From the NCBI RefSeq assembly GCF_009914755.1, contig NC_060932.1: a stretch of DNA of 64,000 nucleotides; one strand, 5' to 3'. A program made the position numbers and the translations under genes. The DNA is from the human T2T-CHM13v2.0 reference genome, Homo sapiens. Shown piece by piece: positions 24,371 to 45,687 of this stretch. The notes below the pieces were generated by a model. The model was given only the letters and a program-made list of their open reading frames with translations. It made no database searches and had not been told where the DNA came from. Positions within the stretch are counted from its first letter, which is position 1, and each line of letters opens with the position of its first letter.

Positions 24371-25560
24371 TCAGTCAGAGAGCCTTGGGCCAGAGTTCCA
24401 GGGGCTCTGGGAGTGGCTGCCGGGCGAGTTTGGACAGTCTGACTTCCAGTGGGGCCCCGCACAGATGGGACATGGCTTAGGAGGAATCCCAGGCTGTGGG
24501 CATTTCTTGGCCCAGTGGCCACATTTCCAGCACTTGAAGCAAGATCCTGGGAGAGGAGGTTCTGAAGGAATGCTTGACCACTGAGGTCTAGGTGTTTTGA
24601 AGTTCTTTTGTGCTGGAGATGTGGCTGGGATTTCTCTCACAGCAGAGGCAAGTAATTGCAACTCAGAAATAAGTTGCTGCTTGGCTATCTCTTTTCTATT
24701 ATTGTACACCTTGAAGACAAGGTTAATTAAGTCCTCTTGTAGAGTTTGAGGGCCGGAATCTACTTTTTGGAGCTTTTCCTAATTTTGGGAGTGGATTGGG
24801 TAACAAAATATATAGAGAGAATAAGACGGCCTTCGGCCCCTCTGGGTCTAGGGCAGTCAAGTGTTAAGGGTTGTTGCCAAACGGGCCATGGACTGGGCTG
24901 GGTTTTTTTATTTGATGAAAAGGAGCCTAAACGCTAACTGATTTGGGAGAGGTCGGCTAAAGAAAGGGGAGCACTAACCTTGACTATGCCTTCAGCTCCA
25001 GCCACCTCTCTAAGAGGACATTGTTGGGCAGGTGGGGGAGGGCTAGTCATGGAATGAAACTGTAAGCTGGACCAGGTGTGAGGAGGTGAGGTGATAGAAG
25101 GATTATAGGGTAGGAGAGTGAAGGCTAAGGAAGAATTGGGACCTGGCTCGGCCTGGTGAGGAGCAGCCTGGGGAGGAGGGGAAAGGTCAGATGGGTTCAT
25201 AGAAAAGGAGGATTCAAAGGACTCAGAGCTTGGAGTGGAGACTAAAGGAACAGACAGGAGAGAAAGAAGAAAGATTTGAGATGAGTCGCATTGGGAGCAG
25301 AGACTAGGGAGGGACCGATGTGTAAAAGAATGCCTGGACATCAGGCACCACAGACCATTTGCCCATTTTTTGACAAAAATTATCTAAATCTTGTAGGATA
25401 GAGAAATCAAAAATGCTGTTTTCTGGCCATTCAGAACCATTGTCAAGTTTGTATTGGGGCCAAGCGGTTTTGCAGAAGAAAATAAGATGCTTAGGTTTTA
25501 GGTCCGGCAAGAGTTGAAGAGGTTTTAAGTTTTTTAGAACACAGGCTAAGGGAGAAGAAG
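24371..25560 (-). pseudogene. gag: HERV-H gag remnant (MA, Pro-rich region, two NC zinc knuckles)
   Basis: LKPKHLIFFCKTAWPQYKLDNGSEWPEN..LDNFCQKMGKWS (MA); CFKCWKCGHWAKKC and CPICAGPHWKSDC knuckles; fragmented ORFs. Confidence 0.88.
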
Positions 25561-26073
25561 GAGGAATGGAGGGCAGAAGGTTGCCCGTAGTAAAAAGGTA
25601 AGTTTAGAGAAAAGAGAGGGTAGAGACACAGAGAGAGTTGGGGGGTGGTACTTGCCACCCAGGGGAGGTGGTACTTGCCACCAAGGTGAAAGATTAAGGC
25701 AGGCATCCCCGCGGTGATCAGACACCTCTGAAATGTGGGTGAATAATCAGGCAGGCATCCTCACAGTGATTAGACACCAAGGGAAGACTGTCTTCCTGAG
25801 TCCGTGACCGGCGCCAGAGTTTTGAGTTCAAGGATAAAACATGTCTCCTCTGTCTCTAACAAATAGGGAAAGGAACCAAATTAAGGAAGGGAGAGATTGA
25901 AGGGTGGAGAAATAGCAAGAGAGGTTGGAGAAGAGAATAAAAAGAGGCTGCTTACCCAATTTAAAATTGGTGAGATGTTCCTTGGGCTGGTCTGAGGACC
26001 CAAGGTTGTAGGTGGATCTCCTCACGGAGTGAGGGCAAGGACAGGGGACCGGTCTCCCTAGGGAGTCCCCCTG

Positions 26074-26094
26074 TCCCGGGTCTTTGGCACCAAA
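26074..26094 (-). promoter_or_regulatory. Primer binding site of the HERV-H, tRNA-Phe-like
   Basis: - strand reads TTTGGTGCCAAAGACCCGGGA immediately after the LTR end ...CATGACA. Confidence 0.75.
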
Positions 26095-26520
26095 TGTCAT
26101 GCGAGTCCATGTGAAGAGAGACCACCAACAGGCTCTGTGTGAGTAACAAGGCTGTTTATTCACCTGGGTGCAAGTGGGCTGAGTCTGAGAAAGGAGTCAG
26201 CAAAGGGAGATAGGGGTGGGGTAGTTTTATAGGATTTGGGTAGATAGTGGAAAATTACAGTTAAAGATGGTTATCTCTTGTGGGCAGGGGCGGGGATCAC
26301 AAGGTGCAGGGTGGGGAGGTCATGAGACTCATTGTCCAGGAGAAGGAATGTCACAAGGTCAATTGATCAGTGGGGCAGGAACAAATCACAATGGTGGAAT
26401 GTCATCAGTTAAGGCAGGAACCACTTCCTTTGTGGTTCTTCAGTTGCTTCAGGCCATCTGGATGTGTAAGTGCAGGTCACAGGGCATATGATGGCTTAGC
26501 TTGGGCTCAGAGGCCTGACA
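26095..26520 (-). mobile_element. HERV-H 5' LTR (LTR7 family, LTR7C-like)
   Basis: - strand starts TGTCAGGCCTCTGAGCCCAAGCTAAGCCATC; CCTATAAAA TATA; CAGGTGAATAAACAGCC; ends CATGACA. Confidence 0.9.
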
Positions 26521-26522
26521 CA

Positions 26523-27677
<1,155 letters not shown>

Positions 27678-27836
27678 AGACTCGCCTCCTTTTTTGTGTT
27701 TTATTTTACAAACATAGCCAGGTGCGGTGGCTCATGCCCATAATCCCAGTACTTTGGGAGCCCAAGGCTGGCCTCAAACTTGAGCCCCACTTGAACCCAG
27801 GAGCTCAAGCTCAGCCTGGGCAATATAGGGAGACTC

Positions 27837-28552
<716 letters not shown>

Positions 28553-28811
28553 AGACCCCATCTCTACCAAAAATAAAAAATTTAGCCAGGTGTGGTGGCA
28601 CATGACTGTAGTCTCAGCTACTTGGGAGGCGAGGCAGGAGGATTGCTTGAGCCCAGGAGTTCGGGACCAGCCTGGGCAATATAGTGAGACCTTATCTCTT
28701 CAAAAAATAGAAAAAATTAGCCAGGCATGGTGGTGCACACCCATAGTCCCAGATATTCAGGAGGTTGATGTGGGAGGATCGCTTGAGCCTGGGAAGTCAA
28801 GGTTGCAGTGA

Positions 28812-29214
<403 letters not shown>

Positions 29215-29460
29215 TAATGTGTGGCTGGGCAGATCCAAGGGTCTGGCTTCTCTTGTTTCTGCAACTCCATAGACTTGAGGTCTCATCCTGTGCCGATATT
29301 GCATATCATCTTGTTACACCACTCCGCTGATGACCATGAAGCAAAGAAAACTGTTTACGTGCAAACGCACTGCACACAAGAGCACAGTAAAGTTATTTAA
29401 TATTTGCATGCATTCCAATGTTACAGTTAATTCCTGCAACAGGTATTGATTGAGCAGGTA

Positions 29461-30525
<1,065 letters not shown>

Positions 30526-30701
30526 GTTTCTTTTCTTTCTTTCATTCTTTTTTTTTTTTTTTTGACAGGGTCTCATTCTGTTGCCCAGGCTGGAATGCAG
30601 TGGCACAATGACAGCCTCGACCTCCTTGCGCTCAGGTGATCCTCCTGGCTCAGCCTCCTTAGTAGCTGGGACTACAGGCATGCACCACCATACCCACGTA
30701 A

Positions 30702-31155
<454 letters not shown>

Positions 31156-31198
31156 TTAGCCAGGCGTGGTGGTGGGTGCCTGTAGTCCCAGCTACTCA

Positions 31199-31303
<105 letters not shown>

Positions 31304-31412
31304 TCAAAAAAAAAAAAAAAAAAAAAGAATATTAACCCTAGGATGTGGTAAAGATTGTAGACCCTGCTCTAAGCCACTACGATTTTTATGTAAAGCTTTG
31401 AGCCCATGGAGC

Positions 31413-32210
31413 TGTTACAGGTAGTTAGACAGGCATGAGTGGGGCAGGAGAGGGCTCTCTCTTCTCCTACCCACTAGGAATGTCAGGTGATGGTTTGGCA
31501 ATGATCACATTGCCTCTCTAGAGTGATAAATTGGCAGCCAGCAACAGGGAGAGGCCATTTCCTAATGGTCCACACCTGTGGCGCTAAAGTGTTACTCGAA
31601 TGCAGACGCCAGGGAAAAGCAACTTCCTGGATATGCACATTAAGAGAAAAAAATGGTGGAGTATGACCTTCTGGGGCACTCCACCAGAAAAGGGAAGAAA
31701 GCCTCAGATGGACATGTGTATAACTTCCTAAACACACTGCGCATGCTCACTTCCAAGGGTAAGGAAGGCACTGCGCATGCAGGCAGCCCACCCCAAGGGA
31801 AGAATCATGGGAAAGGGGCCAGCCTATAAAGTCCTAGGATCGATCAAGGTTAAACACCATGCTTGTTCTTCAAGTCACCCACCTGAGTCTCTCCCAAGCA
31901 TACTTTCTTTCCCGTTCTAAAGCCGCTTTAAATAAACTTCCACTCCTGCTCTGAAACTTGCCTTGGTCTCTCTTTCTACCTTATGCCCCTCAGTCGAATT
32001 CTTTCCTTTTTTTTTTATGACTTTATATCCCTTTTTTTTCAGCTTTGATTTTAAGTTCGGGGTACATGAACAGGATGTGAAGGTTTGTTACATAGGTAAG
32101 CATGTGCCATGGTGGTTTGCTACACAGGTCATCCCATCACCCCGGTACAAAGCCCAGCATCCATTAGGTATTCTTCTTGAATACCCCCTGAATTCCTTCT
32201 TCTGAGGAGT
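31413..32210 (+). mobile_element. LTR10-family (LTR10B/C-like) ERV1 LTR with a short antisense L1PA 3' end inserted (~32030-32178)
   Basis: TGTTACAGGTAGTTAGACAGGCATGAG start; CCTATAAAG TATA; AATAAACTTCCACTCCTGCTCTGAAAC; L1PA tail GTTTGTTACATAGGTAAGCATGTGCCATGGTGGTTTGCT. Confidence 0.65.
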
Positions 32211-32406
32211 GTCTACTAAAAAATGCAAAAAATTAGCCGGGCATGGTGGCACATAATCTCAGCTACCCAGGAGGCTGAGGAATGAAGTTCGTGGTTGGTG
32301 TTCACTTATCGAGCAAAAAAATGTGGAGGTTGCAGTGAGCCAAGATCACCCCACTGCACTCCAGCCTGGGCGACAGAGCGAGACTCCATCTCAAAAAAAA
32401 AAAGAA

Positions 32407-33065
<659 letters not shown>

Positions 33066-33465
33066 CTATGCAAGATTAGGTGGAGAAAAGGCATACACAT
33101 TCATTTCAGCATGCATAGCACCAGGGAATTGTAGGAGAGTTACCCAATAAGTCAGTGGGGTACAGATGGTCATACAGCTTTTTTTATTAGGGGAAAGGGA
33201 GGTGGGGAAGTGCAGATTATTTTAGGGGGGTTCTAAAAGATGTTTAAGAAAATTCAATGGACTTGAAGAACATACTGTGAAAGGAAAATAAAAACATGAG
33301 ACCCCAATTCACTATGCGAAAAGGAAAAAATTAAACCAAAAGCCGAATCATGCAAGAAGCTGCTTTGTTCCAGTCGGGCGCGGTGGCTCATGCCTGTAAT
33401 GCCAGCACTTTGGGAGGCCGAGGTGGGTGGATCATGAGGTCAGGAGATCGAGACCATCCTGGCTA

Positions 33466-33735
<270 letters not shown>

Positions 33736-34135
33736 CTACTACTCTACGTTCACCTTATCTTACGTAAAGTGCCAGTTTACTGAGTAGGAGACAAATCCAT
33801 AACTGACTATTCCCTCCCTCCTCCTTTTCTCTTGTAATGTGGATGACCACAGTCTCCCTCTTTCCCTGCCAGCCTGCTTTTCCCTTTAAATATTTTTTCT
33901 CATTTAATATATATATTTATATATGATATATATTTTATATTTATATTTTTTATATATTTTTTTTTAATTTAGAGGGAGTCTCACTCTGTCACCCAGGCTG
34001 GAGTGCAGTAGCAGATCTCCACTCACTGCAACCTCCACCTCCCAGGTTCAAGCCATTCTCCCTCCTCAGCCTCCTGAGTAGCTGGGATTATAGACATGCA
34101 CCACCACGCCTGGATGACTTTTGTATTTTTAGTAG

Positions 34136-34252
<117 letters not shown>

Positions 34253-34822
34253 TAGTTTTAATTTTTTTGAGACAGGGTCTCACCTTGTTGCCCAGGCTGG
34301 AGTGTATTCGTACAATCTCGGCTCACTGCTGCTTCAGTCTCCCCCTTTCAAGCAATTCTTGTGCCTCAGCTGCCCAAATAGCTGGGATTACAGGCGTGCG
34401 CCACCACAACTGGCTAATTTTTGTATTTTTAGTAGAGACTAGGTTTCCCCATGTTGCCCAGGCTGGCCTCAAACTCCTGGGCTCAAGCAATCCTCCTGCC
34501 TCAGCCTCCTAAAGGGCTAGGATTACAGGCATGAGTCACCGAGCCTGGCCTAGATATATATTTAAAAGGTCTTCATGCATTTTTTTCTCTCCTAGGATCT
34601 TGTTTTTTGAGAAAAAATGCTTTTTTTCTTCTCAGTGGACTGAATTCTATTATCTCCATATACTTCTCTCTGTCTCTCCTTCCTCATGCCATCCTCTGCT
34701 GCCTGAGGGATCTTAAATAATTTCTAACAGCCTGGGATTCCCTGAAGAAAACAGAAAAGGGCCGGGCGCGGTGGCTCACGCTTGTAATCCCAGCACTTGG
34801 GGAGGCCAAAGTGGGCGGATCA

Positions 34823-35116
<294 letters not shown>

Positions 35117-35477
35117 TTATGAAATCCCAAAGGGTAAACAGACAAGTTCCTCTCAGATCTTAATCTGCTGGCTTTTGTATTGAGTTACCTAATTTATTTT
35201 ATTTTATTTTATTTTATTCTTTATCGAAATAGTTATTGCTACAGGGGCTACTCTTAAGTGTTGAAGATAAGAACGGGTGTGGTTTAAACACTTAAAACAC
35301 AATGTAATAGCTTTGTAACAAAGTGCACTGTAAAAGCATTACGTGGCCTACTCTCATGATGTCTCTCTTTCTGGAGACCCAGGATTCAGTGTGGGCTCTG
35401 CCCAGAGCCCAGAAGTACAGTTAATAGAGACTAAATTTAAAATTATCTGTCTAGGCAGGGCACGGTGGCTCGTGCCA

Positions 35478-36529
<1,052 letters not shown>

Positions 36530-36540
36530 TCAGAAGTTCA

Positions 36541-36792
<252 letters not shown>

Positions 36793-36978
36793 TTATATGT
36801 TTGGCTTGGTATTCCTTTTTAATCTCCCTCTAACACACCCAGATTCTCTTTCTTTCTCCCTCTCTGTACTCTGGAAAGTAAATTTCACTATCTGATTTTA
36901 ACGTGAGTTGTTCCTTTACTATGCAAATTTAGGGCTATCAAGCTGACAATTGACTAAAGTAATGAAACAGGTTATCAA

Positions 36979-38115
36979 TGTGAACCCAAAATACCTGAAA
37001 CAGGTCTCAATCAATTTAGAAAGTTTACTTTGCCAAGGTTAAGGATGTGCCTGTGAAACAGCCTCAGGGGGTCCTGTCAACCATGTGCCCGAGGTGGTTG
37101 AGGTACAGCTGGATTTTACATATTTTAGGGAGACATGAGACATCAGTCAACATGGGTAAGACATACATTGGTTTGGTCCCGAAAGGCAGGACAACTCGAA
37201 GTGGAATGAAGGAGCTTCTAAGTCATAGGCAGATAAAAGACAAAAGGTTGTATTCTTTGGTTGGTTTTTTGAGACAGAGTCTCACTCTGTCGCCCAGGCT
37301 GGAGTGCAGTAGCTCAATCTAGGTTCACTGCAACCTCCGCCTCCCAGGTTCAAGCAATTCTTCTGCATCAGCCTCCTGAGTAGCTGGGATTATAGGTGCC
37401 CACCATCATGCAGAGCTAATCTTTGTATTTTTAGTAGAGATGGGGTTTCACCATGTTGACCAGGCTGGTCTTGAACTCCTGACCTCAAGTAGTCCGCCCA
37501 CCTCAGCCTCCCAAAGTGCTGGGATTACAGGCATGAGCCACCACACTCAGCCTGTTTGTTTTTTGAGATAGGGTCTCACTCTTGTCTCCCAGGCAAGTGG
37601 AGTGCAGTGGCACCATCCTCACAGCTCACTGCAGCCCCGAACTCTTAGGCTCAAGTGATCCTCAGACCTCAGCCTCCCAAGTAACTGGGACTACAGGTGT
37701 GCACCACCACACCCAGCTAATTTTTGTATTTTTTGTAGCGACGTAGTTTTGCCATGTTGCTCAGTCTGGTCTCCAACTCCTGGGCTCAAACAATCCACCC
37801 ACCTAGGCCTCCAAAAATGCTGGGATTACAGGTGTAAGCCAGCATGCCCAGCCTGGTTGCATTCTTTTGAGTCCTTGACCAGTCTTTCACTGAATACACA
37901 ATTTAGTCTGACTCAGTGAATCTGCGTTTTCACTTAAACATAGATCAGAGGAAGCAATCAGATATGCATTTGTCTCAAGTGAGGAGAGGGATGACTTTCT
38001 GTTCTGCACCTGGGAAGATAAGCTATCAGTTTACAATGCCAGGGTGAAAGTCAACAGAACTGTTTTAAGGTAAAGATCTTGGGGCGCACAAGCAAATTGT
38101 GAGGGAGGTATGTAG
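36979..38115 (-). mobile_element. MER4A/B-like LTR split by Alus
   Basis: TGTGAACCCAAAATACCTGAAACAGGTCTCAATCAATTTAGAAAGTTTA..TTTAGGGAGACATGAGACATC. Confidence 0.7.
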
Positions 38116-38133
38116 CTTTCTTTTTACTTTTGA

Positions 38134-38232
<99 letters not shown>

Positions 38233-38913
38233 TAGCTGGGATTACAGGCATGCACCATCACACCCGGGTAATTTTGTATTTTTAGTACAGACAGGATTTC
38301 ACCATGTTGGCCAGGCTGGTCTCAAACTCCTGACCTCCGGTGATACACCCACCTTCGCCTCCCAAAGTGCTGGGATTACAGGTGTGTAAAATTTAAGTAA
38401 AATTTACTTAAATTAAACACTTTATAGAAAAGTAGAAACTTTAAGCCTAATTGCCTTTTTAAGTTCGTGTGACAAGTAAATCTTTAATAAATAACCTGGT
38501 TTTAAAAGTATTTGTAAAATAAAATTAGAAATGTCTTCAGAATTGTCAACATACATTATTGTTTAGATTTATTAGTCAAGTGGTTTTATATTATCTCTGC
38601 TAGATATTATAAATTGTCAAAATGTGGCATGAGGGTTATAAAGCTATAAATGTAGCCCAAAAGAGAATTATCATTGTTTGTGTAATTTTTAAATAAATAA
38701 GGTATTTAATGTTGGCTTAATGGAAACAGCTAAATCCTGAGTTATTGGCAAAATAAAATAAAACAAAACAAACATTTATTTAACCTTAAGTTTCTTACTT
38801 TGGTAAACATCTGAAATTCATAAGATATAAAAATGTTTCACAGGAAAATAACTTTAAATGATGACTATCACAGTTTTCATAAGCTATCTAGGTAAACTAT
38901 CTTTAAAAAATTA

Positions 38914-39221
<308 letters not shown>

Positions 39222-39982
39222 CTAGGTAAATTTAATAAAACAAATGCTTGTAAATAAACATATAATTTAGAATCTAAAGTTATATTAAATCGGCCAGGCG
39301 CAGTAGTTCACGCCTGTAATCCCAGCACTTTGGGAGGCCAAGGCAGGTGGATCACCTGAGGTCGGGAGTTCGAGACCACCCTGGCCAACATGGTGAAACC
39401 CTGACTCTACTGAAAATACAAAAATTAGCTGGGCATGGTGGTGCATGCTTGTAATTCGAGCTACTTGAGGGGCTGAGGCAGGAGAATCACTTGAACCTGG
39501 GAAGTGGAGGTTGCAGTTTGCTGGATCGCGCCACTGCACTTCAACCTGGGCAACAGAATGAGACTGTGTAAAAAATAAAAATAAAAATAGAGAGAGCACT
39601 TATATGGCCAATAATTATTCTTGTTGCATTTATGCAAATAATCAAGCCAACTATAATAAGACTAAAACTTATTTTACAAATAAATTGATCCTACTATGAT
39701 TTCATCTTTAATAAAACTGAGGAGTTGGAGAGAGAAAAATTGTTTCACAATAAACTATAGTACACCAGTTATTAGCTTCTAGCCTTGTCCAGTGCTTTTC
39801 CATTTTATTATGTCTTAAAATTTGAACTGAATCCTGAAATGTTTCCTGGCTACAAGTCTCCAAAATAATGTTTGCAACTTTTTTCTTCTTTTTCTTTTCC
39901 CCCCATTTATCCTGATTTGAAATCCCTAAAAATTAAGCTATGCTTTTCTTAAAGTGCTGTGAACTGAAGCTAGACACCTTAA

Positions 39983-40255
<273 letters not shown>

Positions 40256-40796
40256 TGAACTCCTGGCCTCAAATGATAGAAATCCTTGGCCTCCCAAAGT
40301 GGTGGGATTACAGGCATGAGCCACTGTGCCCAGTCCATAAACCATTTTTATACCTGCCTGCTGATGCATGGACTTCAGAGTAATATGGCCTATATTGGTT
40401 TTCCAGGATTGCTCTCCCTTTTTTCTTTGTTTGCTATTTCTTCCTTTTCTTCTTCTGTTTTCCTTCTTTCTTCCTTTCCCTATTTTTAATTCGTGGGACA
40501 TGATACTTCACAAACTACTGAAAATGGGCTTTTCTAACAACATGGGACCTATCTAGGAATAAACCATCCTAACCATGACAGATCAAACAAAACAAAAACC
40601 AGAGACTCCTTTTCTTCTTAAATGCTTTCTCTTGGCCTGGCTTGGTGGCTCATGTCTGTAATCTCAGCACGTTGGGAGGCCGAGGCAGGCAGATCACCTG
40701 AGGTCAGGAGTTCGAGACCAACCTGGCCAACATGGCAAAATCCTAGCCCTGCTAAAAATATAAAAATTAGCTGTGTGTGGTGGTGCACACCTGTAA

Positions 40797-41264
<468 letters not shown>

Positions 41265-42169
41265 TAAGTGTCAAAAGAAAAGGAGGGATAAGTGTCAAAA
41301 GAAAATAAAACCTCGGGACCCCAACTCAAAATGCCAAAAGGAAAAACCCCCTTAAGCTGAACACTGAATCATACAAGAAGCTGGCTTTCCTTTTGTTCCT
41401 AAGACATCTACTGATATAAAGTTAAACAGGCCCACAAGTAGCTGTGCTATGTTCACCTTATCTTATATAAAGTGCCAGTTTACTGAGCACCAGGCAAATT
41501 TATAACTGACTGTTCCCTACCTGCTCTTTGTCTTGTAATGTGAATGACCACGCCCTCCCTCTATCCCCACCCACCTGCTTTTCCCCTTTAAATACTGAAG
41601 CCTCAGAATCTTCTTTGGAGAGAGGCACAGATCACAGACTGTTTCTGTGATTCTGTGTTCTTTTCTCCTGGGCATGTCCTTAATCCTGGCAAAATAACTT
41701 CTAAATTGATAGAATCCTGCCTCAGATACTTTTTGGTTTACAATACAATGGCCTAGGACAAAGTCTGTTGGCATTGTAGAGCAGAAAATGGTTTGTGACA
41801 AAATTCTGTCCAAGTGTGTTGACAAACTTCAGTCTTTCATCCTGTGGTCAGAGTTCCATTAATGAGAACGCATGGAAGGGACCAGAGGTGATTGTTTTCT
41901 TCTTTGGCAGATGTGGACTTTAGGGAGATAAGGAAACTTCAGAGAACTACTTCATCCTGTGCTTTGGGAGAGACAGAGGATTGAGAGATAGGGGGCCCAG
42001 GAAGTCAGAAAGACCTTGAGGCTTCTTCAGTTCAGCACGTCAAAGTGCCATATTGGTTTCTGAGCTCCAACGCTGGGATACCATGAATCTATCTGGAATG
42101 GAAACAGAGCTTTCTGAAGAAAGGCTGAATTTATATCTGGGGAAGGAAATTGAGAAGAGGCACTCTTGA

Positions 42170-43088
<919 letters not shown>

Positions 43089-43205
43089 AAGCCCAGAATC
43101 CCTTATTGTACAAGAAATAACAGGAGCCACGAAAGATCACTGGGGCCATGACAACAGGACAAGAAAGGATTCCCAGTGGTGAAGCAGGGAATGTCTTCAG
43201 TATCA

Positions 43206-43548
<343 letters not shown>

Positions 43549-44298
43549 CTAGCTTGAGCAGCTTCAGAAGTCAGCTCCACTACAGGTTTCTTTTTGCTTT
43601 TGTTTTTGCTTTTGTTTTGAAGACAGAGTCTCACTCTGTTGCCCAGGCTGGAGTGCAGTGGCACAATCATGGCTCACTGCAGCTTCCTCAGCTTCAGCAA
43701 TCCTGCCACCTCAGCCTCCTGAGTAGCTGAGACTACAGGCACATGCCACCACATCTGGCTAATTTTTCTATTTTTTGTAGAGACAGGGTTTCATCATGTT
43801 GCTCAAGCTGATCGCAATATCCTGGGCTCAAGCAATCCTCCTGCCTTGGCCTCCCAAAATGCTGCAATTACAGGCATGAGCCACCACACCTGGCCTCCAC
43901 TACAGTTTCCATTCAGCGAACTGGAAGCATCTCACTCTTGCAGCTCTTGCTGCTTCCTGGGACCATTCCTGGGGGCCCTCTCTTGACACGCCTGCCCCAG
44001 CTGGTCCAGATCAGCAGAGCCATGTTGAGATGAACACCGGAGGGTGCTGGTGCCTGCTCAGGGCTGTCCTTAATTTTCCATCAATATAATTTATGAACCT
44101 CACAAAGCATTTCAAACCAGAAGGATGGGGCCATTGTGCCTGTTTAGGTTACCAAGATGAATTCCACCCACTTAAAGTAACATCTGTCCCTGCCTCTCCC
44201 TGCCTGTTGGTCAAGTAGAGCAAGGTGTGATGGAACCTCTTCTCGGACCCTGCATCCCCCACCCTATCTTTCTTTCTTCCTTTTTTTTTTTTTTTTAA

Positions 44299-44403
<105 letters not shown>

Positions 44404-44570
44404 TGAGTAGCTGGGATTACAAGTGCACCCACTACACCCAGCTATTTTTTTTTGTATTTTCAGTGGAAACAGGGTTTCACTGTGTTGGTCAGGCTGGTCT
44501 CAAACTCCTGACCTCAAGTGATTCACCCACCTAGGCCTCCCAAAGTGCTGGGATTACAGGCATGTGCCGC

Positions 44571-45687
44571 TATTGGGCAAACCTGCCCCCAGTATTTCAA
44601 CGTAGGTTCTTTCTATTTTCCCTAAGTGTCGGCCAGTCTGAGAAATAAACAGAAACAGTACAAAGAGAGGAATTTTACAGCTGGGCCTCTGGGGGTGACA
44701 TCACATATTGGTAGGACCGTGATGCCCACCTGAGCCTTAAAGCCAGCAAGTTTTATTAAGGATTTCAAAAGGGGAGGGGGTGCAAGGACAGGGAGTAGGT
44801 CATAAGATCACATGCTTCAAAGGGCAAAAAGGAGAATAAAGATCACATGCTTCTGAGCAAACAGGACAAGGGCAAATTCAGAACTATTGATAAGGGTCTA
44901 TGTTCAGCTGTGCACTTATTGTCTTGATAAACATCTTAAACAACAAAAAACAGGGTTCAAGAGCAGAGAACTGGTCTGACCTCAAATTTACCAGGGTGGG
45001 GTTTCCCAATCCTAGTCAGCCTGAAGGTACTGCAGGAGACCAGGGCGTATTTCAGTCCTTATCTCAACCACATAAGACAGACACTCCCAGAGCGGCCATT
45101 TATAGACCTCCCCCCAGGAATGCATTCCTTTCCCAGGGTCTTAATTATTAATATTCCTTGCTAGGAAAAGAATTTAGCAATATCTTCTTTACTTGCAAGT
45201 CCGTTTATAGGCTCTCTGCAAGAAGAAAAATATGGCTCTACTCTGCCTGACCCTGCAGGCAGTCAGACCTTATGGTTGTCTTCCCTTGTTCCCTGAAAAT
45301 CGCTGCTATTCTGTTCTTTTTCAAGGTGCACTGGTTTCATATTGTTCAAACACATGTTTTACAATCAATTTGTACAGTTAACACAATAGTGGTCCTGAGG
45401 TGACGTACATTCTCAGTTTACGAAGAAAACAGGATTAAGAGATTAAAGTAAAGACAGGCATAAGAAATTATAAAAGTATTAATTTGGGAACTGATAAATG
45501 TCCATATTAAAATGAAATCTTCACAATTTGTGTTCAGAGATTGAAGTAAAGACAGATGTAAGAAATTATAAAAGTATTATTTGAGAACTGATATATGTCC
45601 ATATTAAAATGAAATCTTCACAATTTATGTTCCTCTGCCACAACTCCAGATGGTCCCTCCGTTTGGGGTCCCTGACTTCCCGCAACA
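44571..45687 (-). mobile_element. MER11 (HERV-K11/HML-8) solo LTR inserted in an Alu
   Basis: - strand starts TGTTGCGGGAAGTCAGGGACCCCAAAC; internal ~97-bp tandem duplication at 45438-45632; degenerate 6-bp TSD TGCCGC/AGCCAC. Confidence 0.9.

Larger units (their letters stand above)
23067..26520 (-). mobile_element. HERV-H provirus, 3'-truncated (5' LTR, leader, gag, pro, partial pol; no IN, env or 3' LTR)
   Basis: LTR7 at 26095-26520, PBS, gag MA and zinc knuckles, protease and RT motifs in order on the - strand; HERV-H-like sequence stops after ...WIPGFAILTKP near 23067. Confidence 0.93.

Noticed and set aside
25645-25683. Repeated GGTGGTACTTGCCACC hairpin-like units
   Set aside because: Part of the usual repetitive HERV-H leader
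45438-45632. ~97-bp tandem repeat as a novel array
   Set aside because: Lies inside MER11 and, as I recall, is a feature of MER11 subfamily consensus; two units only, no spacers
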